From assembly GCA_035712465.1 (NCBI GenBank), contig DASTAS010000006.1, positions 95,116 through 159,115 on the forward strand: 64,000 nucleotides of DNA, written 5' to 3'. A model generated the notes under the pieces. It worked only from the letters and a program-made list of their open reading frames with translations, made no database searches and was not told the DNA's origin. Shown piece after piece: positions 24,169 through 33,314 of this stretch; the first letter of the stretch is position 1; the number at the start of each line of letters is the position of its first letter. Source of the stretch: Candidatus Angelobacter sp. (lineage in GTDB: Bacteria > Acidobacteriota > Terriglobia > Terriglobales > Acidobacteriaceae). The position numbers and the translations under genes are program-made.

Positions 24169-26826
24169 ATGAGCCTCCTGTCTGCAATTCGCAAGCTCTG
24201 GCGCTCGATTGCGCCACGCACCGGTAGTGACGTTGAAGAAGAATTTCGTTCCACTCTTGACGCCTACCAGGAAGATCTAATGCGCCAGGGCCTTTCCGAA
24301 GCAGAAGCCCGCCGCAAAGCCCGCATCGACCTCGGCCGGCCCTCGGCCCAAAACGAAAGCTACCGCGGCGCCATCGGGCTCCGCCCGTTTGATGAGTTGG
24401 GCGGAGACATCCGCTACGGACTGCGCGGCCTGCGTCGCAATCCAGGCTTCGCCACCGTTGCCATTGCTACGCTCGCTTTGGTCATCGGGGCCACTGCGGC
24501 GATTTTCAGTTTTGTGAATGCCGTATTACTGAAGCCTCTCCCGTATCCACATCCGGAGCAGATCGTCAGCGTGGGAGAGAAGCTTGCGGACGGATTCAGC
24601 AATCCTATTTCTACGCTGAACTTCCTTGATTGGGAGCGGCAGAACCGCTGTTTTAAATATCTCGCCGCCCTAGCGTTCGACAAGGTGACCTTGACGGGCT
24701 TAAACAGCCCACAGGAGGTTAAGGTCCACAGAGTCTCTGCATCGTATTTCAAGGTGCTTGACGTGACTGCGGCGATGGGACGCACCTTTGCTGCAAGCGA
24801 AAATGAGCCTGGCAACGATCTGGAAGTAGTCCTTTCGAACCGCTTGTGGCGGAGCCAGTTTGGTGGCGATCCGCAAATCATCGGCCGCAAGATCACGCTG
24901 GACGGGAAGAGTTACAGCATTATCGGCGTGCTTCCTGGGAACAGTGAGTTTGACCGGAGCTGGGCGGCAATGTGGCTGCCTCTGTCTTTTGCGCCGGTGA
25001 ACATGACACGCAATTTTCATTGGCTTTATGCCATTGCCCGCCTTAAGCCGGGCGTTACCCTGAAACAAGCCCGCGACCAGATGGACGCGATTGGAGCGCG
25101 CATCTCTGCGCAATACCCGGATTCAAATAAGGGCATCGGCGTAGCGGTGAATCCTTATATTGATCAGGTGGTCCAGCCGGAGCTTCGGCGATCGCTTTGG
25201 GTTCTGCTGGCGGCGGTGGGAGCAGTACTGCTGATCGGATGCGCCAACCTTGCCAATTTGACCCTGGCGCGCGGCACGGACCGCGAAAACGAGATCGCTA
25301 TTCGTTCAGCATTGGGGGCGCGGCGTCTCCGTTTGATCCGCCAGTTGCTTACGGAAAGCATATTGCTTGGAATTCTCGGCGCGATGGCCGGTCTTGCACT
25401 GGGCAATGCATTTATGCACGGCATCAAACTGTGGCTTCCTCCTGACATGCTGCCGCCACAAGCAAACGTCCGCATGGACTACGGGGTGTTGCTTTTCACA
25501 ATGGTCGTAGGAATCCTCACGGGAATCCTTTCCGGTCTGACACCAGCGCTCAATGGCACGCGGCCCGATCTCGCAAGATCGCTCAAGGAGAGCGGGCGAA
25601 CGAGTGCAGGGTCCACATCACATCGAATGAGGACGGGGTTGCTGGTGGCCGAAGTGGCGCTGTCATTTGTGTTGCTGGCGGGTGCGGGCCTGCTGATCAG
25701 AAGTTTCGACAGGTTTGCCAACCTCAACACGGGTGTGGACACGCTGAATGTTCTTGCGATGGACCTTCCCATATCGCTGACCGAATTCACGAACAGCACG
25801 GCGTTGACGAACTATCTAAAAGACGTGACCCAGAAGGTCAGAAGTGTTCCTGGAGTGCAGGAAGCCGCCATCACAAATAAACCCCCGATGGAAGGCGTGG
25901 GCGGGGCACCCTTCCAAATTGAGGGACACGAGAACGTTCCTTACCCGCAGCGCCAGGTGTGTGGGTTCAAGATGGTAGATCCGAAATATTTCGATACCGT
26001 CGGCATGAGATTGATGAAGGGGCGCGGCCTGAATGAAAGCGATGTTGCCGGAGCGGCGCCGGTTACGGTGATCAATGAAACCATGGCCAGGACTTACTTC
26101 AAAGGCGAAGATCCAATCGGTAAGCGGATCCTGATCCGGCAATTACTGTTCGGGAAGGCTGGTCGCGGCCCTGACGTGGCATGGCAGGTTGTAGGAGTGG
26201 TAAACGACGAGAAAGTAGGAGGCCGAGGCGGCGGCATTGGCCTCGATGAAGACATTCCGGTTGTGTACGTCACGTTCTATCAAAATCCCGGGATCGGCAA
26301 TAGCTTTGTCGTTCGTGCCGCCGTGAATCCGTTGCTCTTGCGCGAAGCGATTGAACGAGCCATTTGGCAGGTGAACAAGAATCAGGCAGTAACCAACATT
26401 GAGACCCTGGAAGAAATCAAGTCAGAGTCGGTAGCGCCGGCCCGGCTTCGCACGACGCTGCTGGCCATCTTCGCCGGCATCGCGCTCTTGCTGGCCGCGG
26501 TAGGCATCTACGGCGTTGTCTCCTATTCAGTGGCCCAGAGGGTGCGTGAAATGGCCATTCGCCTGGCCGTTGGCGCATCACCACGCGATCTGCTGAAGCT
26601 GGTAATCGGAAGAACGATGCTGCTCGTCCTGGTTGGACTTGCCCTGGGCGCGGGCGCGGCTGTAGCGCTCACGCGGGCACTGGCGAGCTTGCTCTATGAA
26701 ACAAGCCCGATGGATCCGATGACGTGGGGCATCACCGGGGCAATGCTCGCGGCAGTGGCGCTTATGGCCAGCTATTTCCCAGCCCGGCGGGTGACGAGGG
26801 TGGATCCGCTGACGGTTCTAAGGTAA
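24169..26826 (+). CDS. ADOP-type duplicated FtsX/MacB-like ABC permease (885 aa)
   Basis: Two FtsX-type 4-TM modules with large periplasmic domains. Conserved N-terminal leader ...DIRYGLRGLRRNPGFA. Sits immediately after padR. Confidence 0.85.
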   Translation: MSLLSAIRKLWRSIAPRTGSDVEEEFRSTLDAYQEDLMRQGLSEAEARRKARIDLGRPSAQNESYRGAIGLRPFDELGGDIRYGLRGLRRNPGFATVAIATLALVIGATAAIFSFVNAVLLKPLPYPHPEQIVSVGEKLADGFSNPISTLNFLDWERQNRCFKYLAALAFDKVTLTGLNSPQEVKVHRVSASYFKVLDVTAAMGRTFAASENEPGNDLEVVLSNRLWRSQFGGDPQIIGRKITLDGKSYSIIGVLPGNSEFDRSWAAMWLPLSFAPVNMTRNFHWLYAIARLKPGVTLKQARDQMDAIGARISAQYPDSNKGIGVAVNPYIDQVVQPELRRSLWVLLAAVGAVLLIGCANLANLTLARGTDRENEIAIRSALGARRLRLIRQLLTESILLGILGAMAGLALGNAFMHGIKLWLPPDMLPPQANVRMDYGVLLFTMVVGILTGILSGLTPALNGTRPDLARSLKESGRTSAGSTSHRMRTGLLVAEVALSFVLLAGAGLLIRSFDRFANLNTGVDTLNVLAMDLPISLTEFTNSTALTNYLKDVTQKVRSVPGVQEAAITNKPPMEGVGGAPFQIEGHENVPYPQRQVCGFKMVDPKYFDTVGMRLMKGRGLNESDVAGAAPVTVINETMARTYFKGEDPIGKRILIRQLLFGKAGRGPDVAWQVVGVVNDEKVGGRGGGIGLDEDIPVVYVTFYQNPGIGNSFVVRAAVNPLLLREAIERAIWQVNKNQAVTNIETLEEIKSESVAPARLRTTLLAIFAGIALLLAAVGIYGVVSYSVAQRVREMAIRLAVGASPRDLLKLVIGRTMLLVLVGLALGAGAAVALTRALASLLYETSPMDPMTWGITGAMLAAVALMASYFPARRVTRVDPLTVLR

Positions 26827-26845
26827 TGGGTGACTACACTGCCGA

Positions 26846-26905
26846 ATGACGACATGGCCGCGGTGTCGCCGGAATTCTCGGCAAGAAGGCGCAGGAGAGA
26901 TGACA
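26846..26905 (+). pseudogene. Remnant of a padR 3' end
   Basis: About 60 nt aligns with 24108..24168 (the last codons of padR plus the spacer to the permease ATG). It carries a 1-nt deletion. Confidence 0.6.
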
Positions 26906-26906
26906 T

Positions 26907-29600
26907 ATGAGTCTCCCGTCTGCAATTCGCAAGCTCTGGCACTCGATTGCGCCACGCACGGGTAGGGACGTGGAAGAAGAGTTTCTTTCTACGCTCGACG
27001 CCTACCAGGAAGACTTAATGCGCCAAGGCCTCTCCGAAGCAGAAGCCCGCCGCAAAGCCCGCATCGACCTTGGTCAGCCCGCTGGGCAAAACGAAACTTA
27101 TCGCCAAGCCATTGGCCTCCGCCTCTTCGACGCGCTGGGCGGAGACATCAGGTACGGACTGCGCGGCCTGCGTCGCAACCCTGGCTTCGCCACCGTCGCC
27201 GTGCTCTCACTGGCGCTGGGCATCGGCGCCACCACAGCGATGTTCTCGCTCATTTATGCAGTCCTGCTGCACCCGTTTCCCTACGCCGACGCGAGCCGTA
27301 TCACGTACCTTTTTGGGATCTCCAAGAGAGGGACGGACACCGGGTTTACCTTTGTCAGCCTCAGCAAAGCACAGTTTGATGATCTGCGCCTTGCCGCTCC
27401 GGTTGACTCGGTGCTTGGCTTCAATCCCACGGAGGTAGAGATCACCGGCGGCGCGTTTCCGGAAGACATCGAGGGCACCTACGTCACAGAGAACGCGGAA
27501 AGTTTCTTTGGTGTGCGCCCGCTTCTCGGCCGCAACATCCAGCCATCCGATGCAGAGAACGGCGGCCATCCCGTGGTTGTTCTCAACTACCGCTTCTGGC
27601 AGCGCCACTTCGGCGGCGATCCCCACGTGATCGGGCGAACGCTGGAAATCGATCAGGTCCCCTACACCATCGTTGGCGTGATGCCGCGCAGCTTCGCGTT
27701 CAATGACCTTGCCGACGTTGCCGATGTCTACCTGCCGTTCAGTCTGGCGCCGAAAATCAGCGTTTACATACCGTGGATCAAGCTCCGGCCCCACGTTACA
27801 CTTGCCGCTGCCAACGCCGCGCTTGAGCCTTTGGCGCGGGAGCTGGAGAAACAGTCTCCCGTGCGACTCCGTCATTACAATCTCGCCCTGGAGCCCATCA
27901 TCTGGAGTTTCCAGCAGAATATCGGCCACACCCTTAAGCTCCTTCTTGCCGGCGTTGTGCTCCTGCTCGTGATTGGCTGCGCGAACTGCTCCATCCTTCT
28001 GCTGGCCCGTGGCCGCACGCGCCTGCATGAGCTCGCCATCCGCAGTGCCATCGGCGCCAGCCGCTGGCGCATCATCCGCCAGTTGCTGGTGGAAGCCATC
28101 GTCATCTCCTGCGCGGGCGCCGTCCTTGGCGTGGCGGCTTCTTACTGGCTGGCGAGGCTTCCCATGTTGCTTTCGCCGGATTCCTTTCCGGCAGAATCTT
28201 TCGTCCGCATCAATGGTCCCATCCTCGCGTTCTCCCTCGCGTTGGCGCTGCTGTGTGGCATCCTCTTCGGACTTGTCCCTGCACTGCGTCTCTCGCGTCG
28301 CGATTCTGGGCATATGCTTCCCGGCAGGCAATCCGGCGTTGTGGCTGCTCCCGCAAAGCGCCGCTGGAGCGTTCTCATCGCCGCGCAAGTCGCGCTCACA
28401 CTGCTTCTCATGGCCACGGCAGGAACCGCCATCCGCAGCTTTCTTGGGATCATGCGAACGTCGCTTGGCTACGATCCCGCAAATGTCATAAGGCTAGGCA
28501 TCATTCGGCACGGCACTGACAAGGACGAGCCGGGTCGCATGCAGTCGCGCGAAGCGCAGACGGCTTACTTCGAGCAGATCCGGGAGAAGATCGCATCCGT
28601 ACCTGGTATCTCCACCGTCGCTGTCGGCGGCCTCGACGCCATGCCACCCAATACCGGCGGCGACCAATCCTTTGAAGTCAATGAAACTGGAACTCGCGAT
28701 GGCGAGCAGCCGCAGGCACGTGTGATTCTGGTGGACCAGCGATATTTCGCTGCGCTCCGCATTCCTCTGCTCCAGGGCCGCGTCTGGAACATAGATGAAA
28801 ACAACCGCGGAGACTTCGTCGCCGTGGTCAATCATGCTTTCGCAGCACGCTATCTTTCTTTATCCGATGCCCTGGGCCGTGAGCTACGCATTCCAGATCT
28901 CAAGCCTCGGAGTCGCTACCAGATCGCCTCTGCGCAAAGCACCGCCTGGCGTCAGATCATCGGGGTCGTCGGCGATGCTCGCAACGACGGCCTTGATCGC
29001 CCCGTTGCCCCCGCCATCTACCTTCCATACACCACCTTGATCCGGCCCTACGCGGAGTTCCTCGTCCGCACCCAAGGCGATCCGCTCACCTACCTGCAGT
29101 CCATCCGCACCGCTATCACATCCGTCGCTCCCGGCCAGACGCTCTCCAATAGCAGTTTCAACGGAACCGTTACCCTGAATGAAGCGATTGAGCGCGACGC
29201 ACACTACAGCAGTCAGCAGCTCTTCTCCATGCTGTTTGGCATCTTTTCTGCCATGGCGCTCGCGCTCGCTCTGGTGGGCATCTTCAGCCTTGTCGCTTAC
29301 AGTGTCGCGCAGCGCACCACGGAGTTTGCCGTTCGCCTGGCGCTCGGAGCGCCGCGCAAGCACGTGCTGTGGGTCGCCGCTCGGATCGCACTTGTCAGCT
29401 CGGCCGTGGGCATCATCTTCGGTCTTGCCCTGGAGAGCTTTCTCGGCGCCATTCTCGCCCACTGGATGCAAAACACCTTTGCCGCGGGTGGCCTGCTCGC
29501 AGCCGCCGCGCTCCTCGGTCTCAGCGCACTCCTCGCCTGCCTGCTACCCGCCCGGCACGCTGTCGCCGTCTCACCCACCGAAGCGCTTCGTTATGAATAG
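26907..29600 (+). CDS. ADOP-type duplicated FtsX/MacB-like ABC permease (897 aa)
   Basis: Same architecture as 24169..26826. 87 of the first 98 residues are identical to the first copy by manual alignment; the sequences diverge after that. Confidence 0.85.
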   Translation: MSLPSAIRKLWHSIAPRTGRDVEEEFLSTLDAYQEDLMRQGLSEAEARRKARIDLGQPAGQNETYRQAIGLRLFDALGGDIRYGLRGLRRNPGFATVAVLSLALGIGATTAMFSLIYAVLLHPFPYADASRITYLFGISKRGTDTGFTFVSLSKAQFDDLRLAAPVDSVLGFNPTEVEITGGAFPEDIEGTYVTENAESFFGVRPLLGRNIQPSDAENGGHPVVVLNYRFWQRHFGGDPHVIGRTLEIDQVPYTIVGVMPRSFAFNDLADVADVYLPFSLAPKISVYIPWIKLRPHVTLAAANAALEPLARELEKQSPVRLRHYNLALEPIIWSFQQNIGHTLKLLLAGVVLLLVIGCANCSILLLARGRTRLHELAIRSAIGASRWRIIRQLLVEAIVISCAGAVLGVAASYWLARLPMLLSPDSFPAESFVRINGPILAFSLALALLCGILFGLVPALRLSRRDSGHMLPGRQSGVVAAPAKRRWSVLIAAQVALTLLLMATAGTAIRSFLGIMRTSLGYDPANVIRLGIIRHGTDKDEPGRMQSREAQTAYFEQIREKIASVPGISTVAVGGLDAMPPNTGGDQSFEVNETGTRDGEQPQARVILVDQRYFAALRIPLLQGRVWNIDENNRGDFVAVVNHAFAARYLSLSDALGRELRIPDLKPRSRYQIASAQSTAWRQIIGVVGDARNDGLDRPVAPAIYLPYTTLIRPYAEFLVRTQGDPLTYLQSIRTAITSVAPGQTLSNSSFNGTVTLNEAIERDAHYSSQQLFSMLFGIFSAMALALALVGIFSLVAYSVAQRTTEFAVRLALGAPRKHVLWVAARIALVSSAVGIIFGLALESFLGAILAHWMQNTFAAGGLLAAAALLGLSALLACLLPARHAVAVSPTEALRYE

Positions 29601-29602
29601 TT

Positions 29603-29820
29603 GCGCTTCGCGCGATTGCTTTACTTTTGTGCGCCCGGCGCAAACCTGCTTGAGAGCTTCAATCAGTGGCTGGTGCATTCATGCGTCTGGAGCAGCGCGC
29701 TCGCCGCGCAATCCGGGCTCGGGCGATGTAAATGCGCTTCAAACCGTGATCCGGTTTTGATTGCCGCTTTTCGATGTGTCGGCGATGACGTGCGATTCCG
29801 GCGATTTCCTACATCACCGG
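29603..29820 (+). repeat. ~210-nt composite intergenic element, copy B
   Basis: Same box order as 23070..23277. Its tail CGGCGATGACGTGCGATTCCGGCGATTTCCT nearly matches 23720..23748. Confidence 0.5.
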
Positions 29821-31803
29821 TGGCGCTTCAATGCCCATGAGGCCCAGAGCGTCAATGAGAGAGCGGCGTACCACCGCAGCCGTGGCCAGCAGAAAACGCT
29901 TGCGGGCTTCATCGGCTTCCGTGAGGATGTGATGCCTGTGATAGAAGTTGTTGAACATCTGCGCCAACTGGAACGTATACTTCGCCGCGTGCGCCGGTTC
30001 GGTGGTGTTGATACACTGCTCGATCACGGCGGAAAGCTGTCCGGCGCGCAGCCAGAGCTCCCATAGATCCGTCTCTTCTAAAAACCGCAAATCGACTTTT
30101 CCGGACAAGACAGCTTCGGGTTCCAGACCAGCCTTGCGGAAGATGTTGGTGGCGCGCACGACCGCGTACTGGGCGTAGGGGCCGGTTTCTCCCTCAAAAC
30201 TCAACGCTTCGCTGAAGTCGAAGGCGATGACCGAGCTCTTGGTGAACTTGAGCATGAAGTAGCGCAGCGCCCCGATGGCAATCTGGGTGGCAATGCGGCG
30301 GCGCTCGTCCTGCGCTATCTCCGCATGACGGCTGTCCACTTCTTTTTGTGCCGCGGTGATGAGCGCGTCCATCAGGTCGTCGGCTTTCACGCCGAAGCCT
30401 TTTCGTCCTGATACCTCTATATAGGACCGCTTTTTGTCTTCTTCCGGAACCTCATAGCCCAGTTCGGCGGCGCAACCTGGCGTGAGCGCCACCATCTCAT
30501 AGGAAAAATGATGATAGTTCTCGGCTTGCTCGGTGTAGCCGAGCCCGCGCAGCGCTTCAATTACATTGTTCTGCGGGTCGGCCTGGCGGGAATCGATCAC
30601 GTTGTAAATCGCATGTACACCGCCGAAGTGAGGATGGTCAGGCTCGCCCGATTCCGCGGAAATCCACACCTGGTGGCCGTCAGGATAGCGATAGAAACGC
30701 CGATACCCGAAGTCTTTACCCAGAAGCCCGAACTTCCAGAGGTGGTACGCAATGTCCTTGCCGACATAAGTCACCGTGCCATTGGAGCGCACGATCACTT
30801 TGGCGTCTTCATCGGGGCCCGGCTTCGTTTCCGGCGCATCGTTGTCTTGGCCGGCGGCTTGCGCTTTGGCGCTTTGTGAAGACCCGGCCCGCTTCATTAC
30901 CCAGCAGCCTTTGTTTTTGCCTTCGTTCTCGAAGTACAGCACGCCCTGCTGCTTCATCTGTTCAAAGGCAAGATTCCAGAAATGCAGGTGAAGGATTTCG
31001 CTCTCCTGGGGCAAAAAGTCATATTCGATGCCCAGCCGCTGCATGGTCTCGAGGTGGCGAAGGATGATGGCATTCGAGATCAATTTGCCCATGGCAGCCG
31101 GCTCGTTGCCGCCGCGCTCGATATCGTGCAGCATTTGCAGCCGGAGTTTGAGGTGTTCCTTGTCTTCTTCATACCACTGCGACACACGGGCATACAGGTC
31201 CCAGCAGTAGTAATCGAAAGGCTTGCCGCCCGCAGGCTGGTTTATCAGGGCCTCGACCTCGGCCTGAGTCTTCTTTTCCAGATACAGGAAGCCGACCACC
31301 ACGTCCGCCACCTGCACGCCGGTGTTGTCGATGTAATTCTGCACGTCCACGTGCTTGCCCGTGGCGCGCAGCAGGCGGACGAAGGTATCGCCCAGAATGG
31401 CGTTGCGCAAATGGCCAATGTGCGCGGCTTTGTTGGGATTGATGCTGGTGTGCTCGACCAGAACTTTTTCAGCCTGAGCGGGCTCGCGTGTGAGGCGCGA
31501 TTCGCTCAGCAACAGCCGCGCAGCTTCAGCCCTGTCGAGCCTGGCGTTGATGTAGCCCGCTCCGGCGACCTCAAACTTCGAAAATCCGGGGACTTGCCCG
31601 AGCGCGGCGACGATCTCTTCAGCGATTTTGCGGGGTGGCTTGCGCAGCTTTTTCGCCAGCTCAAAGCTCAGCGGCAACGCAAATTCGCCCAGATCGACGC
31701 TGGGTGGCTGATCGACCACAACCCGCGCCATGTCAAGACCATATTGGCGCTTCAGAAATTCGCTGATGTGCCGGATAAGCTGCTGCTCAAGTTCCAGGTA
31801 CAA
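29809..31803 (-). CDS. argS: Arginine--tRNA ligase
   Basis: EHTSINPNKAAHIGHLRNA (HIGH), an N-terminal Arg-tRNA-synthetase add-on domain and a DALR-type C-terminus. 664 aa. Confidence 0.9.
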   Translation of the reverse strand: MYLELEQQLIRHISEFLKRQYGLDMARVVVDQPPSVDLGEFALPLSFELAKKLRKPPRKIAEEIVAALGQVPGFSKFEVAGAGYINARLDRAEAARLLLSESRLTREPAQAEKVLVEHTSINPNKAAHIGHLRNAILGDTFVRLLRATGKHVDVQNYIDNTGVQVADVVVGFLYLEKKTQAEVEALINQPAGGKPFDYYCWDLYARVSQWYEEDKEHLKLRLQMLHDIERGGNEPAAMGKLISNAIILRHLETMQRLGIEYDFLPQESEILHLHFWNLAFEQMKQQGVLYFENEGKNKGCWVMKRAGSSQSAKAQAAGQDNDAPETKPGPDEDAKVIVRSNGTVTYVGKDIAYHLWKFGLLGKDFGYRRFYRYPDGHQVWISAESGEPDHPHFGGVHAIYNVIDSRQADPQNNVIEALRGLGYTEQAENYHHFSYEMVALTPGCAAELGYEVPEEDKKRSYIEVSGRKGFGVKADDLMDALITAAQKEVDSRHAEIAQDERRRIATQIAIGALRYFMLKFTKSSVIAFDFSEALSFEGETGPYAQYAVVRATNIFRKAGLEPEAVLSGKVDLRFLEETDLWELWLRAGQLSAVIEQCINTTEPAHAAKYTFQLAQMFNNFYHRHHILTEADEARKRFLLATAAVVRRSLIDALGLMGIEAPPVM

Positions 31804-31949
31804 AGTGCTCTGCCTTTAAAAGTGAATTTCGTGGCGGGCTGGCCGACGCGTAAGTCGCTGACGGAAAAGGCGATTATAACAAAGCCATCACGGTTATCCG
31901 GGTTTGACGGGCAAACAGCCTAACCCTATGATGAGTGATTGGGGTCTGC

Positions 31950-33314
31950 ATGCGTATTGCCTACCTAGAATGCTTCTCCGGCATCAGCGGCGACATGTTT
32001 CTGGGCGCGCTGATTGACGCCGGAGTTTCGCCCGAGGTCTTTATTCGGACGGTGAAGGCGCTGGGTGTGGAGGCGCGCCTGGAATTTTCCCGCGTGGACC
32101 GCAGCGGCATCAGCGCCACCAAGGTGGACGTGATTACCGGCGGCGAAAAAGACATGCCACGGGAGGAGTTCTGGACGAAAGAAGCTCACGACGGGCAGGA
32201 ACACTCACATACTCACTCCCACAGCCACGAACACGAACATAGTCAACATGGCCATACGCATTCTCATGACCACGAGCATGATCACGAGCATAGCCACTCG
32301 CATTCGCATGAGGACAGCCATCGCGGGCTGAAAGAGATCAGGGGAATCATCGGCAAGGCAGAAATCAGCCCGACGGCCAAAGATCGGGCGATCAGGATCT
32401 TTGAAGCGCTGGGCGCGGCGGAAGCCAGGGTCCATAACACGGATATTGAGGCGATCCACTTTCATGAGGTTGGAGCTGTTGACTCTATCGTGGATATCGT
32501 GTGCGCCGCCGTTGGCGTGGAAGAGCTGGGCTTGAATGAAGCCGAATGGATTTGTTCGCCGTTGAACGTGGGCGGAGGAACCGTGGTTTGCGCTCATGGC
32601 ACGTTTCCCATTCCGGCGCCGGCCACGCTCGAGTTGCTCAAGCACGCGCCGGTTTACTCGGGGGAGATCCAGAAAGAGCTGGTCACACCCACAGGGGCTG
32701 CGATCGTGAACGTTCTGGCGGCACGCTTCTCGAACTTTCCGCGAATGAAGCCGGCAAAGAGCGGTTACGGGGCGGGCACGCGCAATTTTAAAGATTTCCC
32801 CAACGTGGTGCGGCTTACCATCGGTGAAGCGGAAGCGGCGCAAACAGAAGCGCCTGCGGCGAACAGCGAAGAAATTAGCATCCTGGAAGCCAATCTCGAT
32901 GACATGACGCCGCAGGTTTTCGGCTACGTCATGGAGCGGGCGCTGGAAATGGGAGCGCTCGACGCCTTCGGCACGGCGGTACAGATGAAAAAGAACCGTC
33001 CGGGCATGCAATTGACGGTGCTTTGCCGTCCGGAAGACAGGCAGCGGCTGAGTAAATTGATCTTCGCCGAAACCACGACCCTGGGCGTACGCATGCGCCA
33101 GGAATCGCGGGCCGTGCTGGCGCGAAGACATGTGAACATCCGCACGAAGTGGGGCGAGGTTCGGATGAAGCTGGCCAACCTGAACGGCAGCATCAGCAAC
33201 TATGCTCCAGAATACGAAGATTGTCGCCGCATTGCCCAAACGCAGCAGGTCCCGCTGAAGACGGTGATGCAGGAAGCCATTAAGATGTATCTGGAAGAAG
33301 AGAAGAATGGATAA
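31950..33314 (+). CDS. larC: Nickel insertion protein LarC (DUF111 family) with His-rich insert
   Basis: MRIAYLECFSGISGDM N-terminus. An H-x-H tract (HSHTHSHSHEHEHSQHGHTHSHDHEHDHEHSHSHSHEDSH). Confidence 0.85.
   Translation: MRIAYLECFSGISGDMFLGALIDAGVSPEVFIRTVKALGVEARLEFSRVDRSGISATKVDVITGGEKDMPREEFWTKEAHDGQEHSHTHSHSHEHEHSQHGHTHSHDHEHDHEHSHSHSHEDSHRGLKEIRGIIGKAEISPTAKDRAIRIFEALGAAEARVHNTDIEAIHFHEVGAVDSIVDIVCAAVGVEELGLNEAEWICSPLNVGGGTVVCAHGTFPIPAPATLELLKHAPVYSGEIQKELVTPTGAAIVNVLAARFSNFPRMKPAKSGYGAGTRNFKDFPNVVRLTIGEAEAAQTEAPAANSEEISILEANLDDMTPQVFGYVMERALEMGALDAFGTAVQMKKNRPGMQLTVLCRPEDRQRLSKLIFAETTTLGVRMRQESRAVLARRHVNIRTKWGEVRMKLANLNGSISNYAPEYEDCRRIAQTQQVPLKTVMQEAIKMYLEEEKNG

Noticed and set aside
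27207-28388. 393-aa minus-strand ORF inside the second ADOP permease. Similar long antisense ORFs occur at 18597-19670, 20325-21110, 30982-31923, 32205-33320, 39053-39790, 45589-46350 and 52647-54008.
   Set aside because: Each lies antisense to a gene with unmistakable family motifs. Their translations are Arg/Gly/Ala/His-rich low-complexity sequence typical of shadow ORFs in GC-rich DNA, and none has a plausible RBS or known motif.
32190-32320. His-codon-rich DNA in larC as a possible independent repeat or insertion
   Set aside because: It is in frame and continuous with LarC. A His-rich metal-binding tract is an expected feature of this family.
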